Shown here piece after piece: positions 1 to 12,423 of a stretch of 64,000 bases of DNA. The DNA lies in NCBI GenBank assembly GCA_951406725.2, contig OX597826.1, positions 62,186,001 to 62,250,000 on the forward strand, in the 5' to 3' direction. Position 1 is the first letter of the stretch, and the number at the start of each line of letters is the position of its first letter. Below the pieces are notes generated by a model. It worked only from the letters and a program-made list of their open reading frames with translations, had not been told where the DNA came from and made no database searches. The stretch is from Octopus vulgaris. Taxonomy: Eukaryota. A program made the position numbers and the translations under genes.

Positions 1-146
1 TAACTACAGGTCGAAATTAGTTCTGATTTTCGGTGTAAGCGTAACAACATCCTTTTCACAAAAACCTGTTGATCTCTACTAGGACTGGAAGTCAACGTCC
101 GTGCATGCCGGTGACCGCAGGTTTCGAAATCGAATTGCAGCCATTA

Positions 147-187
<41 letters not shown>

Positions 188-475
188 ATATATGTATGTA
201 TATATATGTATATATATGCATATACTTATACATACATAGGCATTGAATGATGCACTTTATGTCATGCATAGAAGGAAATACTGTTATATCTGCTCAAAAA
301 ATTACTCGATTTAATTACGTTTACAAAGAATATGCGTTGTTATTGCTAGATCATTACGGAATATCTAATTATAACAATACAATAATGTCATTTCATTCAC
401 TTGAAGAAGACAATAATGGAAATTGCTTTAAACACAAACACACTCATACGCGCTCACACACACATACACACACAG

Positions 476-510
<35 letters not shown>

Positions 511-1774
511 CATATATATAGACATATAGTCTATCAAAGCAATAGCAAAGACACAGATCCTCCAGTGTGGTGTTAGTTGCGATGGCTAAAACTAGATTAC
601 AAAGCAATATTTATTTCTATTTTGTTTTAAAGAGGGCCATTAAAAAACGACTTCTTTTTATAGAAAATATAAAAAAAAGAATACCCAGAAACTTTAGTCC
701 ATTTAGTAAACATAAAATATAAAACGAGAAGAACATAATGTAAAATTGGAAGAATACAAACGAACAACTTGGACAATGTTTCTTTGTGTGTGGAAATGGT
801 GTTTCATAATAAATCATTTATTTGAAAAGATTTAGAATTAAATCAATCACTCCAATGCAAATGATTAACGGCTAAAAAATAAATAAAATAGCGTTGCTGA
901 CTATCTCTTAGTTGAGATTAAAGAAACCACTAAATCATTTAATATTCATATTGTGCTGGAAAAAAAAAACAGAAACACACACACAATTATTAAAAAAACC
1001 AGCACCATTGCAACGTTTTTGTCTCCATTATTTCGAAGACTTAGAAATATTTTATGGGCGACCAGTAGTCGATTGAATTAAACCACTCCCATTTCCCAAA
1101 ACATGGTTACTGCTTATTCAAATGATCTGCGTTGAAAAAAAAAATATCCGACACTAATAACATTCGAACTCACAAACTATGTGTAAAGAAACAAATACGT
1201 TGTTACATTTAGTTAAGTGATCTATTGTGTCTGGCACAAGTTAACAAAACTGAGGCTATATACTTATACGGCACGGTAGAAATATCAGCCTAATCTCCTT
1301 TATATAATATGCCAACGTATTCCACACATTAAATACTGTATGCTTACAAAAAATAATCACAGCTGAATTGCCTTCAATCATAGGTTTGTTCGATTAGAGC
1401 AAGCCTACAGCTAAAAAAATTAATAGAAAATAATTATATCTGTCAATATAGAAATCAATAATTGCATTAATAAAAATGTCTAAACCATGTCTTTTAGGGA
1501 GTGAGACAGTAAATTAGATCAGTGATATATTCTACGGGAAGTGACAGTCTACTAAAATATGTGGCTAACATAGTATAGGGGAGGCAACATTGTTATATCA
1601 ACCATATGTTTTATGGAGAGAAGAAAGTCTCTTACATATATTTTAGTATAGGGAAACAATTTGTAATATCAGCAATATGTATTTTCGGGGCGTGGGGAGG
1701 GATATGTTATATCACCCACATATTTTTGAAAGAGGCGATCAGTCAGGTGTTAGATAAACTCTTGTATTTTATTG

Positions 1775-1931
1775 GTTTCTAATTTTGGCACAAGGCCTGA
1801 GATTTTGAGGGGAGGGGGTAAGTGGATTGCATCGACTCCAGTGCACAACTGGTACTCATTTTGCCGAACCCGAAAGGCAAAAATCGACTTCAGTGGAATT
1901 TGAACTCAGAACATAGAGACAGACAAAATAC
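1775..1931 (-). mobile_element. Headless older copy of SINE family A (Meta/MESC-like central domain) with alternative 3' tail
   Basis: Contains ccgaaaggcaaaaatcgacttcagtggaatttgaactcagaac and the ggcacaaggcctgagattttgaggg tail seen in many copies; abuts the younger copy at 1932. Confidence 0.75.
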
Positions 1932-2163
1932 CTATTTCTTTACTACCCACAAGAGTCTAAACACAGAGGACAAACAAGGACAGACAAACAGATTAAGTCG
2001 ATTATATCAACCCCAGTGTGTAACTGGTACTTATTTAATCGACCCCGAAAGGATGAAAGGCAAAGTCGGCCTCGGCGAAATTTGAACTCAGAACGTAGCG
2101 GCAGATGATATACGGCTGAGCATTTCGCCCGGCGTGCTAACGATTCTGCCAGCTCGCAGCCTT
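1932..2163 (-). mobile_element. tRNA-derived SINE family A, near full length
   Basis: Minus strand reads gcgagctggcagaatcgttagcacgccgggcgaaatg...gagttcaaat (B-box-like)...gcctttcatcctttcggggtcga...aaagaaatag; close copies at 36446, 56244, 60472. Confidence 0.85.
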
Positions 2164-2769
2164 AGCTCTGGTATTGGATTAAGAGCTTGTTATATCATCA
2201 AACTTAAACATAAAAAAAAACAACGGTAAAAGATGGCGTTCAGTGTATAAATCGCGCACGTATTAAAATAGATTACATTTTAAATATTACATGTTTATTT
2301 CCAGGCTGGGCCCGACTGGGCAAACTCATGAGCCCACGTATTTCCGTTTCCACTATCACGATTTCTACTCATCTATAGTGCCTTCTTGACTGCATGTAGC
2401 TTCCTTCTTATTTTAAAGCAATATGGTGTGGCTGATATTTCTAGCTGGTTGAACAACCATATAGAGACATCCATCATTCTTTCTGTTATCTTTGAAAGCC
2501 TTGGATGGCATATTTGCTATTTTGATTAAAGATTCCACCCGAATTGACCTTATTTTTAATCATTTTGGGGTCGATAAAATAAACATCGCTCAAACTGATC
2601 GATCGATACAATGCCGACTACATTCTTCTCTGAAAATTCGTTGTTTTTTATTAAATTATGAGATTTTCATCATTGGTTTTTGAGGAGTTTAAACTCAATA
2701 AAGGCGGACGAAATGCCACTAAGAATTTCGTCCGGCACTGTAACGATGCCACCACATCGCTGCTTTGCA

Positions 2770-3430
2770 AAGTTATATATTAGCTTTAAATTTTGGCACA
2801 AAGCCAGCAATTTCGAGAGTGAGGGCTAGAAAATTACATCGAATCCAGGGCTAAAATGATACATATTTTATCCACCTCGAAAGGATAAAAATGTAAAATC
2901 GACTTCGGTGGAATTTGAACTCGGAACGCATTTTGCCCGGGCTTTAATGATTTTGTCTGTTCGTCGAATGACAATGTAATATAATATATTAGTTCCAAAG
3001 TTTTGCACAAGACCTGCAATTTGGAGGGAAGGAGTAAGTCGATTACATCGACCCTAGTACTCATCTAATACTTACATCATCGAGCCCGAAAGGATGAAAG
3101 GCAAAGCTGACCTCGGTGGAATTTGAACTGAGAACATGAAGACGGGTGAAATATCGATGAGGATTTTGCCCAGTGTGCTAACGATTCAGCCAGTTCGCCT
3201 TCCTAACATTATATTATATATTGTTTTCACATTTTTGCACAAGACCAGCAGGTTCGGGGTGGGGGTAAATCGACTACATTGACCCCAGTACTCATCTAAT
3301 ACTTACTTCATCGACCCCGAAAGGATGAAAGGCAAAGCTGACCTCGGCGGAATTTGAACTGAGAACATGAAGACGGGTGAAATATCGATGAGGATTTTGT
3401 CCAAGGTGCAACGTTATAATATATATTAAG
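2770..3430 (-). mobile_element. Three head-to-tail degenerate SINE A copies; the last two are a local tandem duplication (~230 bp period)
   Basis: 3050-3170 and 3280-3400 share private variants (tactcatctaatacttac, aagctgacc, gaactgagaacatgaagacgggtgaaatatcgatgagg). Confidence 0.75.
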
Positions 3431-3638
3431 AAATAATATTCTTAACGAAGAAGCTCATTTGCAACCACGTGGGTCCCTGTTCAGTCCCACTGCACCGCAC
3501 CTTGGGGAAATGTGTACTGCTGGAGCCCTGAGCCGACAGATGCCTTTTACGTTGATGAAAACCGCCTGGAAGGCCATTATATATACATATCTACCTACCT
3601 ACACACACACATATATATATATGTATGTACACACACAC

Positions 3639-3721
<83 letters not shown>

Positions 3722-3726
<5 letters not shown>

Positions 3727-4109
3727 GCAAACAATTCGTGAGAAGAAAAATATAATTCCCGAGAATTAATTTGCTAAGATATCATTAATTTTGTTATTAT
3801 CTGGAATAACTATTTTAAAAAACATAATAACACAATTAATGATATAGGCGATCGCAGGTCCAAGAAAAACATTAAATACCTGAAGGAATAACACGTGCTG
3901 ATGACGTTGAGGTAATTTCTTTTGCCAGTACAGAAACCAGTCCATATGAGTCCTTATACTTAAATGTACGTTGAAAGATTTTATTAACCTAATCTGCTTT
4001 CGGTTGATTTCTGTAGTTAACATCAGTGTAATTTTTGGACATTTAAATAAGAGTTTTGATTTATTTCCAGTAGACAGACATACTTAGTATGTCCTTTGAT
4101 TAATTTTAA

Positions 4110-4112
<3 letters not shown>
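3722..4112 (+). mobile_element. ~390-bp insert between two (TA)n tracts carrying a hammerhead-like motif (Penelope terminal-repeat/retrozyme-like)
   Basis: Non-repetitive block bounded by (TA)n on both sides; contains CTGATGA...GAAACCAGTC. Confidence 0.5.
3883..3955 (+). ncRNA. Type I hammerhead ribozyme-like motif (degenerate)
   Basis: CACGTG-CTGATGA(3898-3904)-stem II region with GGTAA/TTGCC-GAAA(3933-36)-CCAGTC-CATATG; distal stem I AAGGA(3883-87)/TCCTT(3951-55). Confidence 0.6.
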
Positions 4113-4161
<49 letters not shown>

Positions 4162-6342
4162 GGGTAAGTCTTTTTGACTGCATTTGATAGCCCCACCGTA
4201 TGTCAACCGGTCTTGGTTTCTTTACTTCCCGTAACATTGAGGTTCATTAAAAGATAGCAATAGAAAAAGGGCCAGTCTTAAAACTATAGCGATTTGCACG
4301 ATGATCCAGACAATGATCCAGCATGGCCCTAGTCTAATGACTGAAGAAAGTAAAGAATAAAAGATGGATAAAAGATATACATACAAAGAAAATTAAAAAA
4401 ACAAATAGAAATTATAACAAATAAAGAGTGAAAAGATTATTAACGAGATTGAACTAGAGTCTCTCCAGTATACCAACAGCCTCTCATTCCTTAATACAGT
4501 GTAATTGTCATCAATAGTCCATTACCTGATTGAACTTTTGAATTTTGGAGCCATGTTCACCACTTCAATCAATAATCGTTACACTTTCTCCTTCACTTGT
4601 CCATTAGATCAATCAGAAGCTAATGAACCGATGATGGAAAATCTTAGTGCATTTAACAAATATCCTGATGAGAATATCTATCGTGTATTTTGCGCGGTTC
4701 CGATTTAGACTAAATTTTAATATTTTGCCTTTCTTTCCTTATTCCACTATCCACTGTTTTTTTTTCTTACGCGACAAGGTCACTAGACAATTCTAGTAGA
4801 AAAATTGCCCCTCGAGTTGTTAGTTTTCATCTGACAATGTAGACGAAGTAATTTATTTCCGGCTGTCATTGAGGATGACATTAGATGTACTCTAAGCATA
4901 GCTCCGTTATTATGGTTGCGACTTCCACTGCTTTTGTCGTCTGATTTTCCAACTCTTTTGATGAAATGGTAATTTTAAGACTCACTTATTGGTACTCTGT
5001 TTTGTGTTCTGCAGTACCAGTCTATTTTTCTCCTCCAAAACACGGTTCAGCTCTTGAGAAATTTATAATCTTAGGAATGATGATTAGGATTGACTACTTA
5101 TGCAGACCCTACTCCGTCTCGCATTATTGCAAGTCAGCTCCTTTCTCACTACAACTCCGAATTAAATATATTCATAATGAAGCCCCAACCTATCGGCATG
5201 CTTTGTCATTAGTCTCAAAGGTTAAAAACTTGCCCCCATACGCCTTGCTCCCAGTCATTACAGCACACCTCTGTACCACACGTTGGTCAGTATACTTCGC
5301 TAGTGTTCTCAAGAACAGATGGAAACACATTCGTTTCTCAATATATTACTCAAGGGAAGACTCATTTTCCATATACTCTTCTTTTTATGCAAATAAAAAG
5401 ATATGCAGATTGTAGGGCTTTCAAAGAGAAGTAATCTCTAAAATAATAAGTGCATTGGGAATTCTTATAAAATACGATCTTCGGTTACATGACTTTAAGA
5501 CCTTATGCTGCTACCATACAAAATTGCTTTCCAACTCTGCATTCACCACCTCTCCAGGTCAATTTTCCCAACATATTATAGATGGGTTTGGGAAGTACCA
5601 GTTCTATCTCCTTGATTCCTCCCTGGGTCTTTAACTCATGCAGTTAAATACATAACGGATATGAAACCACGAGAAATACATAACGGATTGACCACATAAC
5701 TGTCGGGATCCGAGTGACCTAAACTCTAGGTCATACACTTTTTCCATTTAGACAAGCATCAATAAACATATAAAAGGAAGATATCGTAAAGAAGTTATGT
5801 TAGAGAACGAAAAGAGAGAAACAAGAGAAAGAAATGGAAAAACTAAAAGATTCATATCTTTCATAATATAAAGGAAAAAAATTAGTGAATGAATAGATAT
5901 GGAAAGGACTTAGAAGAGAATTAAATGAGTTACGATTATTTTGTGAATGTTGAGAGATGAGTGGAAAGGAAGCTGTGAAAAATGTGTCAGATAATCCGCT
6001 CACAGAAGATATGACTCGAGAAATAATGCTTTATATTTAAAATTTCACTACAGATATTTTCAAAAACAAATATTCTTCTCTGGACGTGCTACATTTACTA
6101 AATTGCACTCGATAATAAAACTGTTTTTAATGATATGTTGTTTAGTGTAAGTACTTTTACCGGGGTAGTTTTCTTTTCTAGAAAATGCACTGGGACTCAA
6201 AACAAAAATACGGGACAACAAACCAACAATACGGGACAATACTGAATGGCAACAAGGGCGTCTGGAGCCTATATTTATATATCTAGCTTTCAAGATGTGA
6301 ATGTATATGTGTGCGTTAGAAAGTAAATTTTTTATATACTTA

Positions 6343-6723
6343 CTAGCAGTATCGCCCGGCGTTGCTCAGGTTTGTAAGGGAAATAACTATAAAGCATTTT
6401 TAGAGAGTTATAGCCAAAAAATAGCAAAAAAATGGAAAAAAATGATGGTAAATTTTTTTTTAGTTAAAAAAGGTGGAGTTGCGTCACCTAGACAGTTTGC
6501 GGTTTGTGTTTCTGATTCTCGACCCCATGTCGAATTTATCAATTTTTTTCAGAACTGGGGGAACTTTTCAAAATTTTCGCTGCGTTAGTTTTGAATTATG
6601 ACATTGGGCTATGTGTGTGTCAAGTTTCATCAGAATCGGTTGAAAGCCGTGGTCAGGGTGAGGGTACAAGCAAACAGACACACAGAAAACGCACAGACAA
6701 ACTGCCGTTTATATATAGAGAGA
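6343..6723 (-). mobile_element. Non-autonomous Helitron (381 bp)
   Basis: Minus strand starts TCTCTCTATATATAAACGGC, ends with GC-rich hairpin-like cctgagcaacgccggg then CTAG; inserted between A and T with no TSD. Confidence 0.8.
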
Positions 6724-7241
6724 TATATTGGTAGTAGTGATTTGCCAATTTCTTAGCTACTTGTTAATTCCAGAAAAAACATTTAATATAAATATTAACA
6801 TTAATTTTTATTCTTTATTCTATAGGCACAAGGCATGGAATTTTGTGCTAACACGTTAGATGATTATATTGGATCCTGTACTGAATAGGTACTTCTTTTA
6901 TCGACCCGGAAAGAATGGAAGGCAATGTTAACTTCGGCTGAATTTGAACTATATTAGAGAAAGGAATATATAAGCAAAAGTAATGCCGCTTAGCATTTAT
7001 TCTGGCTTACCGACGACCTTGCCAGTTCGCAGACATCGTTTGGTTGATAATTATAATAAAGGAGGAACGTCGGTTGCGAATTAGGGATGGAATATATTAT
7101 TTGATACAAGAAGACTTTCTATGATCTCTGTCTTCGACATCTTATATGAGAGTAGGAGAGCAAAGAAAATATTATGAAAAATGAGAAAAACTCAGAAATA
7201 GCTGAACCTTTCAAATTTTCCTGTCTGTGTGTGTGTGTGTG

Positions 7242-7280
<39 letters not shown>

Positions 7281-7421
7281 CGAGTTCAAAGATGAATGCT
7301 TTCGTAACGTATAATCCAAGATAACTTATACCGTCAGGTCGTCGCAGCTCAACCAATCCTTACATTAGCTTAATCAAATGAGGATGGGTGCTACAAAGCC
7401 AGCAGAAAAAAAACTACAAGA

Positions 7422-7490
7422 AAATCTGTCAGATAAATCTGTCAAATAAATCTGTCAGATACATCTGTCAAATAAATCTGTCAAAATCTG
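7422..7490 (+). repeat. 13-bp tandem repeat (AAATCTGTCARAT) x~5
   Basis: aaatctgtcagat aaatctgtcaaat aaatctgtcagat acatctgtcaaat aaatctgtcaaa. Confidence 0.9.
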
Positions 7491-7596
7491 TGGAACAACA
7501 CAGCATAGAGTCAACTGATATGTAATAACACAGAGCACAAGGCTATGTAAGCAGTAAGCACCAGCAAAGTGAAGGTTACGTTGAAAGGCAACTTAC

Positions 7597-7669
7597 ATAT
7601 GCTGTACGCCGTCTAGCGCCAATCGGAACGTCCCTCCGGAAAACTTCGCAATTGTATACCATTTTTTGG
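7597..7669 (-). CDS. Candidate 73-nt internal coding exon of an unidentified host gene
   Basis: Pyrimidine-rich acceptor ctccctttagttttcgccAG, consensus donor GTAAGT, GC-richer than flanks; open as KKWYTIAKFSGGTFRLALDGVQH (a second frame, QKMVYNCEVFRRDVPIGARRRTAY, is also open). Confidence 0.4.
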
Positions 7670-8179
7670 CTGGCGAAAACTAAAGGGAGGATACTATAAC
7701 GTAAAAAAAAACAAACTAGTTGTTGCTCTCACCTATCATCTTGATCTTTTTTGTTACTGACATATGATAACTGATACTTAGAAAGGAGGATTCTAGTTTT
7801 TTGATGCTGTATTCTCTACAGTGCAAACCTTTAGAATGTCATGAAAACGCTTTGCGGCATTTGTTTAATTTCTTTCCACTCTAAGGTCAAATTTCGGGGT
7901 CGATAGAATAAAGCATTAGCCAAGTACTAAACTAACTCAGCCCTCTAACATTGCTGGTCCTGTACCAATATTTAAAAACAAAAATATTAATTCGGTGCGC
8001 AGACAGAGTCATTAGAGCGTCGGATAAATAATTGGCGGCATTTGTTCCGGCTCTTTAGGTCCTGGGTCGAAATATCTTATCGAATCAACTTTCGAGATTA
8101 ATAAAGTATCAAAATTGAGTACTGATGCAGATGCAGTCGACTAAAACTCACCCCTTTAATACTGCGGACTTTTACCAAA

Positions 8180-8345
8180 ATTATTATTATTATTGTTATT
8201 ATTATTAATATTATTATTATTATTATTATTATCATTATTATTATTATTACTATTATCATCATCATCATCATCATAATCATCATCATCATCATCATAATAA
8301 TCAACATCATCATCATTAACAACATCATCACCGCCTTCATCATCG

Positions 8346-8376
<31 letters not shown>
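8180..8376. repeat. Compound (ATT)n/(ATC)n microsatellite
   Basis: Direct inspection. Confidence 0.95.
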
Positions 8377-8502
8377 TACATTACGTTTTGTATTTTATCC
8401 ATGTTCGATTTTTGTTTCTTTAAAGTGTAGAAAAATTCTACATTTCGCTTCGCATTTATGTATTTAGTTACTTATTTGGTTTGATATATATATATATTTA
8501 TG

Positions 8503-8535
<33 letters not shown>

Positions 8536-10622
8536 ATATATATATATATATACATATAAATATACATATATATATATATGTATGTATATATATATATATA
8601 TATGTATATATTTATATATATGTATGTATGCATGCATGTATATATTTGAGTGTGTGTGTGTGTGTGCGTGCGTGCTCGTGTATTTTTCGTTTATTTTGCA
8701 TTCTTCTCTCAGTACTCAGGAATCTATTTCCCAACAGCCCAAGGGAACAACTATTGTCTGATTACCAATCCTTTAGCTTTCGCACCAAAATAACCCATTC
8801 ACCGTTCCTTGCGAATCTTAGATGCTAAACTTCAAAAGCAACACCACCATATCAATGAACTTAAATTCAATTAACGTTGTAAGTTTTTCTATTCTATTTT
8901 AATAATCTCTTAACCAAACATCATGACTATCCTCTAGAGTCGATCCTGTATCCGATATCACTGTGACCCTCACACTCACAAAACGCTATTACTTATGACA
9001 TTTTTTCTACCACGTGAAATTGTTTCTCCCGTGTAAAATACATTATTGAACTTGTTATTTTCTTCTATTTCTCTCATTCCGCCCCATCTATTTCTGTCTC
9101 CTTTGTTTAATGATTAATGATTAAGTAAATGACTTTTCAAATACACATACATACACACGAAAGACACACACACACACACACACACAAGTATCTATCTATC
9201 TCCACCCTGCACTCACAATCTCAGTCTAGCTATATTGACACACACATACATATGTATCTATAGATATACACACGTACACACACACACATATATATATATG
9301 CACACACACACAAACAAACACACATATATGTATGTAAGTATTCATACATACACCCGCATATATGTACATATGTATATACACATATAAGAATACATAAGCC
9401 AATATATACATGCCCACGTATGTATTTTTTCCTAGAGTTTAATCTCTTCAGAGAATTCAAGTCAGTCGCTTGGAAAATGACAAGCCTTTCTGAGTTAAAA
9501 TAATTCCCAAATATGCAGTCGAGTTGGTTGTGGCTGATCAGTCGATGCACACATTTCGACGTTGTGGTAGAAATTGTCCGTTCTGCTATACTAGTGTAGA
9601 ATATATGGCCCTCATCATTGGCGGTTGTCCTCAAATGCCTATGAGATACTACTTTCCACTGAAGCATGATGTTATTTCAAACACTTCTTACAACGCTGTC
9701 CACAGGAAGAATTGCCCTGCTCTATACCTCAAATGCACGCAAGCCCAGCATGCATTCACACCTTTAAAAACAAGGAATAATAGTGGAACACTCCAGTAAA
9801 AACAGCTATTATGTGCAAACAGTGTTCTGTAAGTCAGAGAGCAAAAGTCATGCAATATTGTAGAGATCAGTTGCCCAACGGATGTGAATGAACGATTAAT
9901 TGTCCAGGAAAAAGAGAACTGTTATAGTGTGTCGATACGGAACTTACAGCTCTTTTACACTGACTATATATCCTCAATTTTATTAATCATCGTAAGTACA
10001 TTAGGCTATGTACCTACAAATTTACACAAAAACTGGGATTTACAAAGAAAGAGAGAAGATAAAACTGACGCAGATTCCCCAAATCCAATATATTATCGGC
10101 ACAGTGAAGATTTGTAAAATATCCCGAAGATTCGCCATCAGAGATTCTTTACGTGAATAGATGCACTCATACATGTGTGTGCATCGACAGCTCAACCAGC
10201 ATACTAACTCACGAAAGGGCATGTTTCTGACAAAGGTTGAAAGCTTTATCCTTGGAATGTATTTAACAAAAGCAATAGCATGAGAAAAGCTTTGCATATT
10301 TTTTTCGCTTCCGTTTATAAATGGTAATTGAAATGCGCGTCATCTGATTGCTTTGTTTTTTTCTGGATACCTAAATATTTCCAGAATATACTTTCCATCT
10401 CTCTGTTCTTCTGTATGTATGTCTGCCGGTCAACTTCTTTGTCACTCTATATGAATATACATCTTTCTCTATGTATGTCCGTCAAAGTATTCACTGGCGC
10501 CAAAAAGGTGTTTGTGTTTTTCCGTTCTCATTTCTTTGCTATCCTCTACACGTGACGGACTGCAATTTTGTCACATACCAATGGGAATTTTGCTATATTA
10601 CAGCACCTGATGATTTATATAA

Positions 10623-10891
10623 TTTTATTTATTATTTATGCGCCCTTTTCAAGCCTAGACAGGCTCATGGACCAGGTTTCCCGGTTTCTATGGCGTATGT
10701 GTTCCGCCCAGCTGGACGGGACGCCAGTCCATCGCAGCGTTACTCAAGAAACAGGAAGAAAGAGTGAGAGAAAGTTGGGGTGAAAGAGTACAACAAGGGT
10801 CACCACCACCCCTGCCGGAGCCTCGTGTAGCTTTAGGTGTTTTCGCTAAACACACAAAAAACCCGGTCTGGGAATCGAAACCGTGATCCAC
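10623..10891 (-). mobile_element. 5'-truncated tRNA-derived SINE, family C head/middle with a different (V-domain-like) 3' half
   Basis: 10747-10889 matches 12735-12880; then diverges into gctgcgatggactggcgtcccgtccag (minus); TSD GATTTATATAA at 10612-10622 and 10892-10902. Confidence 0.85.
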
Positions 10892-11251
10892 GATTTATAT
10901 AAGTAAAAAGACAAAAAGAAAAAAAAGCTGGTCGTCGAAAAGGTGGCAAACGAGGTAATAATGCACATATTTCTTTTTGTAAGGAATGTAGGATATCTGA
11001 TATTATATTTTACCATCTTTTATTTCTTCGCTATAAGATTTGTGTCATAGTATCGAGTACTTTGGTAAGACGTTAATATTATTCATCGAGTAAGAAATAA
11101 GTATATACAAGATACATACATATCTAAATACACACATTATACATACACACAAAAACACGCACTCATATGTATATGTATATATATGTATAATGGACCTTAT
11201 ATATATGTGCGTGTGTGTATGTGTGTGTAAGTATGTATATATGCATATATA

Positions 11252-11302
<51 letters not shown>

Positions 11303-11600
11303 TACACACAGGATACGTGCACACATGTATGTATGTTTGTGTATGTGTGTGTTTGTGTATGTATGTATGTATGAATTTTGTTCCCGCCGACTGCAACTTC
11401 CAAGTATCACTTACCGGCCTTGTCACTCAGTCGCTTAACGAAACTCGGAATGCCAATCAACTTGAAGTTTACTATAAATACTTTCATAATCTCTAAAGTA
11501 TTAAAGTATAGATTGGCACCGTCAGTAAAAGTACTCTTGTTTACTGGAATTTACTTTAAAATAGTAACTCTACTGTAACATACACAGCTATAATATATAA

Positions 11601-11658
<58 letters not shown>

Positions 11659-11927
11659 ATGCATATATATATACATTTACATATACATATATGTATATTA
11701 TATAATATATCTGTATATATATATGTATGTATATATATACACACTCGCACAAACACATGCAAACACATATACATACATAAATGCATATATACTTATAAAC
11801 TCTAATATATATATTTATATATATTCAAATTTCTCTTTATATATATGCGTATGTATGTATATATATATATACACAAATATATCTATATATATATGCATAC
11901 ACACACAAACACACACACACACATACA

Positions 11928-11975
<48 letters not shown>

Positions 11976-12423
11976 ATAGATACATATAAGTGTATGCGTC
12001 TGTCTATCTGTGGTAGCCAATTTTTTTGAAGGAAATATTTTCCATTTCCCATTTTAACTTAACATTATTTTAGGTACCTGGCTTACAATGGACATCCAAT
12101 TATAGAATCCTTATCTTAACGTTCGCAATTCCCCCGTGTTACGGTTACAATACCTATTTATTTATTTTTTGGCTTCGTATTTTCGGGGTCTATAGGTTCT
12201 GGCAGCGGTGGTGATAGGATTAGTTTAGTAGGCAGTAGAGACGATGTTACAGATAGAAATGATGGCAATCGTGTCAGTAATATTGCTTGACGCGTTGTCT
12301 GCAGAGCTGCTGGAGGAAGCCGATGTAACAATGTAGCATTTGTTTCTTATGATTATGTGATATAATTATGGTGTTTGTGTCGAGGTTATTAGCCAGTTTT
12401 CTAGTTTTCTAGCTATGACCGTC

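Larger units (their letters stand above)
3445..4370 (+). mobile_element. Degenerate SINE family B split by an insert in its internal (TA)n tract (head ~3445-3575, tail ~4165-4370)
   Basis: Head ttcagtcccactgcaccgcaccttgggg and tail ccagcatggcc...aatgactgaa...agtaaag match the intact copy at 42457-42901. Confidence 0.6.

Noticed and set aside
4440-5700. Complex block with a SNGQV motif on the minus strand suggesting an integrase relic; 149-aa ORF at 4966-5415
   Set aside because: One short motif only; no consistent frame or recognisable protein
6190-6275. Repeated AATACGGGAC resembling hAT subterminal motifs
   Set aside because: Only two copies, with no matching TIR or 8-bp TSD found
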